From contig CAXXMR010000019.1 of the NCBI GenBank assembly GCA_963663805.2, positions 1-64,000 on the forward strand: DNA of 64,000 nucleotides. Reading direction: 5' to 3'. Shown one piece after another: positions 1 to 8,909 of this stretch; positions within the stretch are counted from its first letter, which is position 1, and each line of letters begins with the position of its first letter. The notes beneath the pieces were generated by a model that was not told the DNA's origin, did no database searches, and saw nothing but the letters and a program-made list of their open reading frames with translations. This DNA is from Sedimentisphaerales bacterium (GTDB lineage: Bacteria; Planctomycetota; Phycisphaerae; Sedimentisphaerales; SM23-30). Position numbers and translations under genes: made by a program.

Positions 1-381
1 GGAACCGAACCCGGCCAGTTCATGAACCCCCACGACATCATCATTCTCAACAATAAGGTATACATCGCCGACCGCGAAAACTTCCGTGTCCAGATCTTCG
101 ACATGAACGGTAAATTCCTCGAACAATGGCCCATGCCCGGCAAGGTCTTTGGCATCTGCTACGACAACGGCAAATTCTACCTCTCCATCGTGGGCGATAG
201 CGAAGATTTCATTATCGTAACCGACAAAAACGGCAACCCCATCGGCCAAACCGGCTCCCGCGGCACCGGCACCGGCCAGTTCGACGTCCCCCACTCCCTC
301 ACCATGGACAAAAACTTCGTCTACGTCGCCGAAGTCAACAACAAACGCATCCAGAGACTATCAAGACCTCTGCTGCCCTGA
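1..381 (+). CDS. NHL-repeat beta-propeller protein, 5'-truncated by the window edge
   Basis: Frame is open from base 1 (GTEPGQFMNPHDI...). NHL motifs VYIADRENFRVQIFD and GQFDVPHSL...VYVAEVNNKRIQ. Confidence 0.85.
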   Translation, partial: GTEPGQFMNPHDIIILNNKVYIADRENFRVQIFDMNGKFLEQWPMPGKVFGICYDNGKFYLSIVGDSEDFIIVTDKNGNPIGQTGSRGTGTGQFDVPHSLTMDKNFVYVAEVNNKRIQRLSRPLLP

Positions 382-414
382 TAAGTTCGGCTTATTTCCC
401 ATTAAACAAAATCT

Positions 415-453
415 CAGCGGTGTCGGCTAAACCCCCACACCGCTGTTTTTTTT
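415..453 (+). terminator. Intrinsic terminator after the NHL gene
   Basis: CAGCGGTGT...ACACCGCTG stem followed by a T-run. Confidence 0.8.
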
Positions 454-600
454 ATACAAAATGGTAACCGTTCACAGCCTTTTTCTTTAGAAAGACCCCA
501 AAAGGGCGAAAGAAATTACCGTGAACGCTTACAATTCCCGCAAGTTTCAAAAATGAAACTTGCAAACGTAAACCCAAAAAACAAAATAAGTTAACATCAA

Positions 601-638
601 AAATCCGCGTTAATCCGTGTAATCCGCGGTTAAATATT
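601..638 (-). repeat. Dispersed repeat family A (AATATTTAACCGCGGATTACACGGATTA(A)CGCGGATTT)
   Basis: Near-identical copies at 25842-25878, 25999-26035 and 50302-50338. Confidence 0.9.
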
Positions 639-763
639 TCGTTTATTCTTTGGGCTTGCAGCTCAAGCATCCCAAGCCTTTCTTGTGTTTTATAGTTATT
701 ATCTACTATAATGCCGCCTTGCCCGGCCGTGGTGGACCGGATAGGTAATATTTGGAGTTGATT

Positions 764-1069
764 ATGACAGAAAAACTAACCCCCGAACAGGTCAGGCACG
801 TTGCCAAACTGGCTCGCCTGAGCTGCACCGAACAGGAAATCCAGGAATTCACCGGCCAGCTCAACGACATCCTTAACTATGTTGACCAACTCAGCCAGGT
901 GGACACCGAAAACGTCGAGCCGCTCGCCCATTGCCTGCCCGTGCATAATGTCTTTCGCGAGGACCAGCCCGGCACCTCACTTTCCAATGACGATGCCCTC
1001 CGTAACGCCCCCGTCCGCGACGGTGAATATTTCTCCGTACCCAAAGTACTGGGCGAAGGCGGAGCCTGA
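764..1069 (+). CDS. gatC: Asp/Glu-tRNA amidotransferase subunit C
   Basis: VRHVAKLARL, ILNYVDQL, NVFRED, NAP and YFSVPKV motifs. ATG at 764 follows GGAG. Directly upstream of gatA. Confidence 0.97.
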   Translation: MTEKLTPEQVRHVAKLARLSCTEQEIQEFTGQLNDILNYVDQLSQVDTENVEPLAHCLPVHNVFREDQPGTSLSNDDALRNAPVRDGEYFSVPKVLGEGGA

Positions 1070-1084
1070 TAAAATAACACTAGT

Positions 1085-2548
1085 TTGACTACTTCCATGA
1101 CGGATATAACCATGCAGAAATTAAGCGCAAAAAAATTACATGACCACATCCTTAACGGCCAGACCACCAGCCTCGAAGCAACTCAGGCCGTACTGAATGA
1201 AATAGAATCAAGGGACACTAAAGTGGGCGCCTACCTCAACGTTTACGCCGACCGCGCCCTCGAAAAAGCCGCCGCCGTAGATGCCGCCATAAAAGAGGGA
1301 CGCTATGTCGGCGAGCTCGCCGGAGTGCCCATCGCCGTCAAGGACAACATGTGTACCAGCTTTGGGCTGACGACCTGCGCTTCAAAAATGCTCGCGAACT
1401 TCGCCGCCCCATACGACGCCCATGTCATAACCAGACTCGAAAACGCCGGAGCCGTTATCGTTGGCAAATGTAACATGGACGAATTCGCCATGGGCTCCAG
1501 TACCGAAAATTCCGGTCTCCAAAAAACCGCTAATCCCCACGACCTCGAACGCGTACCCGGTGGAAGTAGTGGCGGGTCCGCTGCTGCCGTCGCCGCCGGT
1601 ATGTGCTATGCCGCTCTCGGTAGCGACACCGGCGGCTCAATCCGTCAGCCCGCCGGATTCTGTGGCGTCGTCGGCCTCAAACCAACCTACGGCCGGGTCA
1701 GCCGCTATGGCCTGGTCGCTTACGGCAGCAGTCTCGACCAGATCGGCCCCCTCACCAACGACGTAACCGACGCCGCCCTGATGCTAAAAGTAATCGCCGG
1801 CTACGATAATCGCGACAGCACCAGCATCAAAGAACAGGACGCACACGTCCCCGATTATCTCGCCGAAATCAATCAACCCGTCGAAGGCCTGAAAATCGGT
1901 ATCGTCAAGGAGTTTCTCGATAACGAAGGGCTAGACCCCGAAGTCGCCGCCTCTGTTCGCCAGGCCATCGAAACCTACCAAAAACGCGGTGCCCAAATCA
2001 TCGAAGTATCCCTGCCCCACATGCAATACTCCATTGCGACCTACTACCTCGTCGCCACCGCCGAAGCCTCCAGCAACCTCGCCCGATACGACGGTGTGCA
2101 TTACGGCCACCGCACCGCCCACCCCAAGGATTACGTCGACGTCTACAACTCCTCACGCGAAGAAGGTTTCGGCCCCGAAGTCAAACGCCGCATCATGCTC
2201 GGAACCTATTGCCTCAGTGCCGGTTACTACGATGCCTACTATCTCAAAGCCCTAAAGGTACGCAACTTAATTCGTCAGGATTTCGAAAACGCCTTCAAAC
2301 AGGTCGATTGCCTGATGTGTCCCACTTCCCCCGAAGTCGCCTTCAAAGCCGGCACCAAAACCAGCGACCCCCTCACAATGTACCTCTCCGACATCTACAC
2401 CATCGCCGTAAACCTCGCCGGCATCCCCGGCCTGAGCATCCCTTGCGGAGTCAACAAAAACAAACTCCCCATAGGCCTCCAAATCCTAACCCCCGCTTTC
2501 AGCGAAGCAAAACTCCTCCGAATCGCCCGAATGTACGAAACCGCCTGA
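1085..2548 (+). CDS. gatA: Asp/Glu-tRNA amidotransferase subunit A
   Basis: Amidase signature GGSSGGSAAAVA, GSDTGGSIRQPA, SSNLARYDG, EVKRRIMLGT. True start may be a downstream ATG. Confidence 0.98.
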   Translation: MTTSMTDITMQKLSAKKLHDHILNGQTTSLEATQAVLNEIESRDTKVGAYLNVYADRALEKAAAVDAAIKEGRYVGELAGVPIAVKDNMCTSFGLTTCASKMLANFAAPYDAHVITRLENAGAVIVGKCNMDEFAMGSSTENSGLQKTANPHDLERVPGGSSGGSAAAVAAGMCYAALGSDTGGSIRQPAGFCGVVGLKPTYGRVSRYGLVAYGSSLDQIGPLTNDVTDAALMLKVIAGYDNRDSTSIKEQDAHVPDYLAEINQPVEGLKIGIVKEFLDNEGLDPEVAASVRQAIETYQKRGAQIIEVSLPHMQYSIATYYLVATAEASSNLARYDGVHYGHRTAHPKDYVDVYNSSREEGFGPEVKRRIMLGTYCLSAGYYDAYYLKALKVRNLIRQDFENAFKQVDCLMCPTSPEVAFKAGTKTSDPLTMYLSDIYTIAVNLAGIPGLSIPCGVNKNKLPIGLQILTPAFSEAKLLRIARMYETA

Positions 2549-2691
2549 AAAAACGATAAGCCAACTCCCAAGCGTGACACGTGCTTTTGTTGGGGGGGGT
2601 AAATATGATGATTGGTGGTTTTATCCGGGTGCTTACGCGGCTGGGTTTTTGCTATCTTGTGATTGTTATCTTCTGGGAAGAGCCAACTAAT

Positions 2692-3855
2692 TTAGCTAAT
2701 TGAGCTAATTGAGCTTAGGCCCCAGTTGTTTTGGAGATAGTTCAGCATTATTTTGAGGGCTTTTTCCAGGGCTTTTATTTCTATAGATTCATCTTCGGTG
2801 TGAGGTCGATTGCCGGGGCCAAAGACTACCGCGGGGATGTTGAGGTGCGTGAATTGGCTGGCATCGGTGGCGTAGGCTACTCCTTTGATTTGGGAATTGG
2901 GGACGATTTTCGTGGCGGCGTTATGCAGATTTATCGTCAGGGGGGAAGAAGGGTCGGTTTCCATAGGGTTGCAAATCAAGCTGGTTTTGAGTTGGATATT
3001 GCCTAGTTGATTGTTTTGCAGGAGTTGCTCGACTTTGCGGAGGCAGTCTTCGGGGCTGTGGTTGGGCAGGAAGCGATAATCAACGTCGGCATAACATTTG
3101 TCAGGGACGATATTAATTTGCTGGCCACCACGAATGATGGTGACAGCCAGAGTTTCGCAGCCGAGTAAATCATGTTGGGGATTTTGCCGAAGTTTTTCGG
3201 CATGGTTTTCGAGCAGGGTTACCGCGCGGGCGATGGGATAGATAGCGTTCTGGCCGGTTTCGGGAATTGAGCTGTGGCTCATTTTGCCGTGGGCCTTGAG
3301 ACGCAGGCGCAAAACACCCTTATGAGCAGCGATGACATTAAGGTCGGTTGGCTCGGCGAAAACAGCGGCGGTAATAGGGACGGGCGAGTTTTGGGCGAAC
3401 CAGGCGGCACCGGACATATCGAATTCTTCGCCGCAGGTTGCCAGAAATGCCAGGTTGAAGGGAAGTTTGCCAGCCTTAACAGTTTGGTCAAAGGCCTGCA
3501 TCATTACCGCAAGCGGGCCCTTGTCGTCGCTGGCGCCTCGACCGAAAATTCTGTCGTTCTTGATTTGGGCGGCGAAGGGGGCGATGGTCATGCCCTGGAC
3601 GTCTACGGTGTCCATGTGGGCGGTGAGCAGAAGTGTTTGGGTGGTGTCGTCACCTTCTGCCAGGGCAAAGACATTGGGCCGCTGGGGGTTTACCGGCTGA
3701 AGCTGGGGCGAGAGATTGTGTTGTTTGAGCCATTGAAAGATGAAATCGGCGATTTCCGATTCGCCGTATGGAGTTATGGTTTTTCCGGTATTCTGGGGGT
3801 TGATGCTGGGTATGTTGATTAAATCGCAGCAGAGTTTGGCTAATTCAGTGTTCAT
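2692..3855 (-). CDS. M20 family metallopeptidase (ArgE/DapE-like deacylase)
   Basis: AHMDTV, GRGASDDKG, GEE, AEPT, SHSS and GPG motifs. Confidence 0.9.
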   Translation of the reverse strand: MNTELAKLCCDLINIPSINPQNTGKTITPYGESEIADFIFQWLKQHNLSPQLQPVNPQRPNVFALAEGDDTTQTLLLTAHMDTVDVQGMTIAPFAAQIKNDRIFGRGASDDKGPLAVMMQAFDQTVKAGKLPFNLAFLATCGEEFDMSGAAWFAQNSPVPITAAVFAEPTDLNVIAAHKGVLRLRLKAHGKMSHSSIPETGQNAIYPIARAVTLLENHAEKLRQNPQHDLLGCETLAVTIIRGGQQINIVPDKCYADVDYRFLPNHSPEDCLRKVEQLLQNNQLGNIQLKTSLICNPMETDPSSPLTINLHNAATKIVPNSQIKGVAYATDASQFTHLNIPAVVFGPGNRPHTEDESIEIKALEKALKIMLNYLQNNWGLSSISSIS

Positions 3856-3906
3856 GGGGCGGAGTATAATGAAATATTCGGTGGGATAAAAGCAAAAAGG
3901 CTGTAC

Positions 3907-3935
3907 TTGTCAGATTCGGTCAGGTGTGATAGAAT
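3907..3935 (+). promoter_or_regulatory. sigma70-type promoter for the sugar phosphorylase
   Basis: TTGTCA-N17-TAGAAT. Confidence 0.6.
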
Positions 3936-3984
3936 GGCGTGAGGCGCTTTTGTCCATTCTTATAAAAAATAACGCGAGGCTGAT

Positions 3985-5694
3985 ATGAATGCAAAGATTC
4001 GGGAAATAATCGCTTATTTGTATGGTGAAGAACAGGCAGATTCGGTTTGTCGGGAGATTGCGGGGCTTACTGAAAAATACCGGGGTCGGATAGCTGGTCG
4101 TGCGGCGGATTTTCTGACGGAGAAAGATATTTTTCTGATAACTTACGCGGACAGTCTGGGGCGTAAGGGCAATAAGCCTCTGGCGGTGCTGGCGGAGTTT
4201 TGTCGGGAGTGGCTGAAGGGGCTGGTTTCGATGGTGCATATTCTGCCGTGTTTTCCTTATTCTTCGGATGACGGTTTTTCGGTGATAGATTATCGGCAGA
4301 TTAAGCCGGAGCACGGCGACTGGGATGACATGGCGGCGTTAGGTTGTGAGGTTGAGCTTTGTTATGATTTGGTGATAAATCATGTTTCTCAGCAGAGTGA
4401 TTATTTTCAGGGTTTTCGGGCGGGGCAGGCGGAGTATAAAGATTTTTTCATAGTACTCGATAAGGATACGGATGTGTCGAGCGTTTTGCGTCCGCGGATA
4501 CTACCGCTGCTGCATTGTTATGAGAGTTGCGGTGGGCCGATATGGTGCTGGACGACTTTTAGCGAGGACCAGGTTGACTGGAATTTTGCCAACCCGCGTG
4601 TGCTTCTGGAGATGCTGGATATATTATTGTTTTACGCTGAGCAGGGGGGGCGGATGATTCGGCTGGACGCGATTGCTTATTTGTGGAAGGAACTGGGGAC
4701 GAGTTGTGCACATTTACCGCAGACTCATGCGGTGGTGAAGCTGATGCGGTTGCTTCTGGATGAAGCTGCGCCGCATTTATTGCTGATTACAGAGACTAAT
4801 GTCCCGCATAAGGAAAACGTTTCATATTTTGGTAATGGTTCTGATGAAGCTCAGGTGGTTTATAATTTTCCGCTGCCGCCTTTGATTTTGCATACTCTTA
4901 CGGCTGAGGACAGTAGCGCTCTTACGGGCTGGGCCAGGATTGTTCGTCCGGTGAGTGAGCGGACGACGTTTCTGAATTTTACGGCATCGCATGACGGGAT
5001 AGGTGTCAGGCCGGCGGCGGATATTCTCAGCGAAGAAGAGTTTGCGAATCTGGTAGCGATCGCGGAAAAGCAGGGCGGGAATGTGTCCCGTAAAAGCGGG
5101 CCGGACGGAGAACCTATACCTTATGAGCTTAACATAAATTATTTTGACGCATTGAATAATCCGAACGCGGATGTTGATTTGGATACGCAGGTACAGCGAT
5201 TTTTATTGTCGCAAAGTATCGCTCTGGTGTTTGTGGGTATGCCGGCGATATATATCCATTCCCTGCTGGGTTCACGGAACTGGGCGGAAGGGGTCGAGCA
5301 GACGGGGCAGTATCGCAGCATTAATCGCGAGAAGCTCGATATGGATGAGGTGGCGCAAGAGCTTGATACGGCGGGGACACTCAGACAGAAGGTGATGGAT
5401 GGTTATGGTCGAATGATAAGGGTTCGCAGGGAACAAAGCGCGTTTGCTCCGGGGGTGGGGCAGGATATTCTGGAAGCGGGTACGGAGTTTTTTGTTTTGA
5501 AGCGTGAGAGTTCGGCGACCGGCCAGGTAATTATCGCGGCGCATAATGTTACTTCAAAGTCGAGCGAAATGGTTTTGCCGGTTGAGAACGGTGTTTGGAA
5601 AGATTTGCTGTCGGGAAAACGTTTCGACGGCAAAGGTGGGGAATTACGAGTTTTATTTACCCCCTGGCACTTTGCCTGGTTTGTAAAAGAGTGA
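3985..5694 (+). CDS. GH13_18 sugar phosphorylase, probably glucosylglycerate phosphorylase
   Basis: SSDDGFSVIDY, WTTFSEDQVD, RLDAIAYLWK, TETN, ASHDGIG and YELN motifs. Confidence 0.9.
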   Translation: MNAKIREIIAYLYGEEQADSVCREIAGLTEKYRGRIAGRAADFLTEKDIFLITYADSLGRKGNKPLAVLAEFCREWLKGLVSMVHILPCFPYSSDDGFSVIDYRQIKPEHGDWDDMAALGCEVELCYDLVINHVSQQSDYFQGFRAGQAEYKDFFIVLDKDTDVSSVLRPRILPLLHCYESCGGPIWCWTTFSEDQVDWNFANPRVLLEMLDILLFYAEQGGRMIRLDAIAYLWKELGTSCAHLPQTHAVVKLMRLLLDEAAPHLLLITETNVPHKENVSYFGNGSDEAQVVYNFPLPPLILHTLTAEDSSALTGWARIVRPVSERTTFLNFTASHDGIGVRPAADILSEEEFANLVAIAEKQGGNVSRKSGPDGEPIPYELNINYFDALNNPNADVDLDTQVQRFLLSQSIALVFVGMPAIYIHSLLGSRNWAEGVEQTGQYRSINREKLDMDEVAQELDTAGTLRQKVMDGYGRMIRVRREQSAFAPGVGQDILEAGTEFFVLKRESSATGQVIIAAHNVTSKSSEMVLPVENGVWKDLLSGKRFDGKGGELRVLFTPWHFAWFVKE

Positions 5695-5718
5695 CGTAGG
5701 CACGCTTCTGTTTTTATT

Positions 5719-6123
5719 TTATTGAGCGTGTTCGATTAGTTCGAGTTTCTCGAGCTGTTCGTAGAGTTTTTGTTTGGTGACGGGCTTGACGAGGTAGGCC
5801 TCGCAACCGCTGCGGAAAGCGTCCATAATGCTTACGCGTGAATCGACCGCGGTGGTCATAACGACTTTGACCCGGTCCAGGCCCTCTATGCCATAGGTGT
5901 CCTCTATTTTACGCATTTCCTGGAGGGTTTGCTGGCCGTCCATTTCGGGCATCATGATGTCCAGGCAGACCAAGTCGTAAGGAGTGCCCTGGCTATGAGC
6001 TTTCTGGAAGGCTTCTGCGCCTAATCTGCCATTTTCAGCGATGTCTACTTCGCCGAGAGCTTTTAGAAGTTTACTCAGAAGTTTTTGATTTATCAGATTA
6101 TCTTCGACTATGAGTGATCGCAT
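5719..6123 (-). CDS. Single-domain response regulator (CheY-like)
   Basis: LIVEDN, LDIMMPEMDG, MTT and YLVKP receiver motifs. Likely start MRSLIVED. Confidence 0.92.
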   Translation of the reverse strand: MRSLIVEDNLINQKLLSKLLKALGEVDIAENGRLGAEAFQKAHSQGTPYDLVCLDIMMPEMDGQQTLQEMRKIEDTYGIEGLDRVKVVMTTAVDSRVSIMDAFRSGCEAYLVKPVTKQKLYEQLEKLELIEHAQ

Positions 6124-6301
6124 TTGCTTACCTCTACAAAAACTTTTTTCGCTGCTTCTCTGCAACTTTTATCGAGTAATAATCCTCCTTTCTTCAGTTA
6201 ATAAATAAAAAACAGGGAATGTTTCGGTTATCGGAATTATTGGGCGGTTTTTTAGGGTTGATAACGTCTTAAAGGCAGTAATTTTTGCATGAGCAAAAAG
6301 G

Positions 6302-7270
6302 TTACAGGACCGCGACGCGTTTTTTTATTTTTCGCCAGGCTGCCTGACTTACAGATTTGACAAGTGCCGGTCCGTCCAGAGCTTGTTCGCATCTGCTGCA
6401 TAGGAAATTCATGCCGGCGGCTTTGCCGCTATAAAGTTTTGTAACAGCGTGTCGGCGAATTGGTCCGTTCCAGACTTTTTCGATTCCCTGCTCGGCGACA
6501 TTACCCCAGATAAGTTCACGTCCCATATCCTGGCAGCACATGACGGCCCGGCCATCGTAGAGGATAACCATTTCTACCAGAGGATGGTGGAATTCGCAGC
6601 CATAGAGACGGACTTTATCCTTTTTTTTGCGGCTGAGGCGCTTGACACTGCCGCATCTGCTGATGGGCGGTAAATATTCTAGCTCGGTTGCGTAAGGTCG
6701 CCAGAAATCATACCAGCGTTGGGCTTCGCCTTCGGGCCAGTTGTCATCGACACCGCGAATACAGATTTTTTCGGGCAGATAATTTTTTATCAGATACATG
6801 GTATGGTCCAGCGAATTCTGATAATCCAGTCCGGTAATACGCTGATAGACCTCCGGGGTAACGCCGTGGAAGCTGACGTGAATTTTTCCGTCGAATCCGG
6901 TTTGTAAAAGAGCGTCGATTTTTTTTGGGGTCATGGCCGAGGCGTTTGAGTTCACATAGACATCTATGCCGCGTTCCTGGGCGGCGGCGACGTAATCGGC
7001 CAGATTATCAGCCAGAAAAGGCTCGCCCATGTAGCAGTAGGTCAGGCCGGGCTGAAAGTTTTCTCGTTTGCCGATGTCACCCAGCTCGTCGATGATTTTG
7101 ATATAGAGCCCCCAGTCCATGGTGCCCTGGTCCTGTACCCGCGCGTATTTGGGGTAAGGGCACATCGTACAGCGGGCATTGCAATAGGCGTGGATGTCTA
7201 CTATCAGTTTTAGCGGGTAGTTTCGTGAGCGTAGCAAAAACGGATTAACCATAAAAAACTTATCGGCCAA
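6302..7270 (-). CDS. Radical SAM/SPASM-domain protein
   Basis: CNARCTMC (CxxxCxxC), GEP, C-terminal C...CCQD...CSRC. Start codon uncertain. Confidence 0.9.
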   Translation of the reverse strand: MADKFFMVNPFLLRSRNYPLKLIVDIHAYCNARCTMCPYPKYARVQDQGTMDWGLYIKIIDELGDIGKRENFQPGLTYCYMGEPFLADNLADYVAAAQERGIDVYVNSNASAMTPKKIDALLQTGFDGKIHVSFHGVTPEVYQRITGLDYQNSLDHTMYLIKNYLPEKICIRGVDDNWPEGEAQRWYDFWRPYATELEYLPPISRCGSVKRLSRKKKDKVRLYGCEFHHPLVEMVILYDGRAVMCCQDMGRELIWGNVAEQGIEKVWNGPIRRHAVTKLYSGKAAGMNFLCSRCEQALDGPALVKSVSQAAWRKIKKRVAVL

Positions 7271-7314
7271 AGGGGCAGGATGGCCGCAAAAAACATTCCC
7301 TCAGTACTGAAATA

Positions 7315-8853
7315 TCAGCCAACTTTGATTGTATCTGCCGGTTCAGCGGTTGGGGTTTTATTTCCCTGGGCGACGCGCTGCATGTTTCGGCTTATCTGAT
7401 TCAGGAGATTGGCGATGTGCTGCTCGTCACGTTCCTGATTGTCAGCGGCTTCGAGTCGCAGGGTCGCCAGCTTTTCCTGACAATGGTCGAGTGAGAAGCG
7501 TTTGCTCCAGCGACTAGCCAGCATATCCGAAAGCGCTTCCTGAGTTCGTGACCATTTATATTCATATTGTTGGGGCAGTCCCTGAGCGTCGAGTGATTCG
7601 AGAGTCAGGGTTGCCCGGTCAAGTTTCAGTTTCTGAAAGAGCGGCTTCATACGATTCCACATCAAGTCCAAATCTGCTTGAACATATCTGCTGAGTTCAT
7701 TTTCGAGTTGGACTTCCATTTCGGATTTTCTGATTTCAGAAGTTTTTCTGAGCTTAACGCAGCCGAGCTGAGCGGCGGTATACACCTGAAGCACAACAAA
7801 GACCAGCGAGGCGGTTGCCGCCTGCCATCCGGTAAGGTAAAAGCAGGCGATTCCGGCAGTGCCAGCCAGTGCCGCAGCCAGCCACAAGGTAATTGCCACC
7901 TGATTAACGCTCAGGCCATGGTTTCTCAAGCAATGATGGATATGGCGATGGTCGCCTTTGGCCATGGATTCCGCGGAGCTGCGTCGGCGAATGATGGCCA
8001 GCAATGCGTCGATAACTGGAATGCTCAAAATCAGTCCAGCGGCGGGCAGCATGAAACTTCCCTGATTATTAGCGATTTTGATTGCCAGGGCTCCCAGAAG
8101 CAAACCTACCAGTTGACTGCCACTGTCGCCCAGGAAAATAGAAGCGGGTTTAATGTTGAAAAGCAGTATCGCCAACAAGCCGCCCCCGGCAGACAGCGCG
8201 AGAATCGCCGCGGCGTATGAACCGGTCATAATGCCAAGTATCGACAGGACAATCGTGGTAACCAGTCCGAGCCCCGAAGCCAGCCCGTCCATGCCGTCGA
8301 TGAAATTAAAGGCATTGCAGCTGCCAATGAGCCAGAATAATGTGAAAGGCACGGCCAGGGCGCCAAGTGAGATTTCGAACATACCGAAGAAATCGCAGCT
8401 TCTGATTACCAGGCCGGAACCAACCAGAATGGTTGAGGCAAGCATCTGGAAAAGCATTTTGGTACGCGGCATGACATGACGCAAATCGTCACAAATTCCC
8501 ACCGATAGTATTATGACGCCGGCGACCAGCAGGGCCCCATAAGATAGATGCCAGCCGGCAACACCGGCCAGACAAGGAATATTGTCGAGACTGAAGAGTA
8601 TGAGCACACCCAGAAGCATCGCTCCAAAAAGAGGCACGCCGCCAAGTGTGGCTGTTGCTTTGCCGTGACATTTGAGACTGCCGTCGGGCCTGTCCAGTGC
8701 CCCCCAACGCCAGCTCAATGTTATCATAGAGGAGGTAAATACCGAACCCAGTGCCCAGGCTATCATAAAAGCGCTTCCCCCAAGCAGCAAGGCCATTTCG
8801 GTTTCCGAAGTAAGCGAGAAGTTAATTATAATGGATTCCAACACTTTTCTCAT
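7315..8853 (-). CDS. MraY/WecA-family polyprenyl-phosphate sugar-1-P transferase with a C-terminal soluble extension
   Basis: GICDD, NAFNFIDGMDGL, IFLGDSGS and DHRHIHH motifs; many TM segments. Confidence 0.9.
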   Translation of the reverse strand: MRKVLESIIINFSLTSETEMALLLGGSAFMIAWALGSVFTSSMITLSWRWGALDRPDGSLKCHGKATATLGGVPLFGAMLLGVLILFSLDNIPCLAGVAGWHLSYGALLVAGVIILSVGICDDLRHVMPRTKMLFQMLASTILVGSGLVIRSCDFFGMFEISLGALAVPFTLFWLIGSCNAFNFIDGMDGLASGLGLVTTIVLSILGIMTGSYAAAILALSAGGGLLAILLFNIKPASIFLGDSGSQLVGLLLGALAIKIANNQGSFMLPAAGLILSIPVIDALLAIIRRRSSAESMAKGDHRHIHHCLRNHGLSVNQVAITLWLAAALAGTAGIACFYLTGWQAATASLVFVVLQVYTAAQLGCVKLRKTSEIRKSEMEVQLENELSRYVQADLDLMWNRMKPLFQKLKLDRATLTLESLDAQGLPQQYEYKWSRTQEALSDMLASRWSKRFSLDHCQEKLATLRLEAADNQERDEQHIANLLNQISRNMQRVAQGNKTPTAEPADTIKVG

Positions 8854-8909
8854 TCCACCTGAAAAAAAAGCCAAAATTAATACCCGAAACTGATAGTATA
8901 AAAATGCTT

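Noticed and set aside
452..670. 72-aa minus-strand ORF
   Set aside because: It spans repeat families and the terminator region; likely spurious.
7271..7296. Possible homopolymer frameshift giving the radical SAM gene an upstream ATG
   Set aside because: In-frame TTG/ATG starts exist and the putative RBS abuts the ATG; evidence is insufficient.
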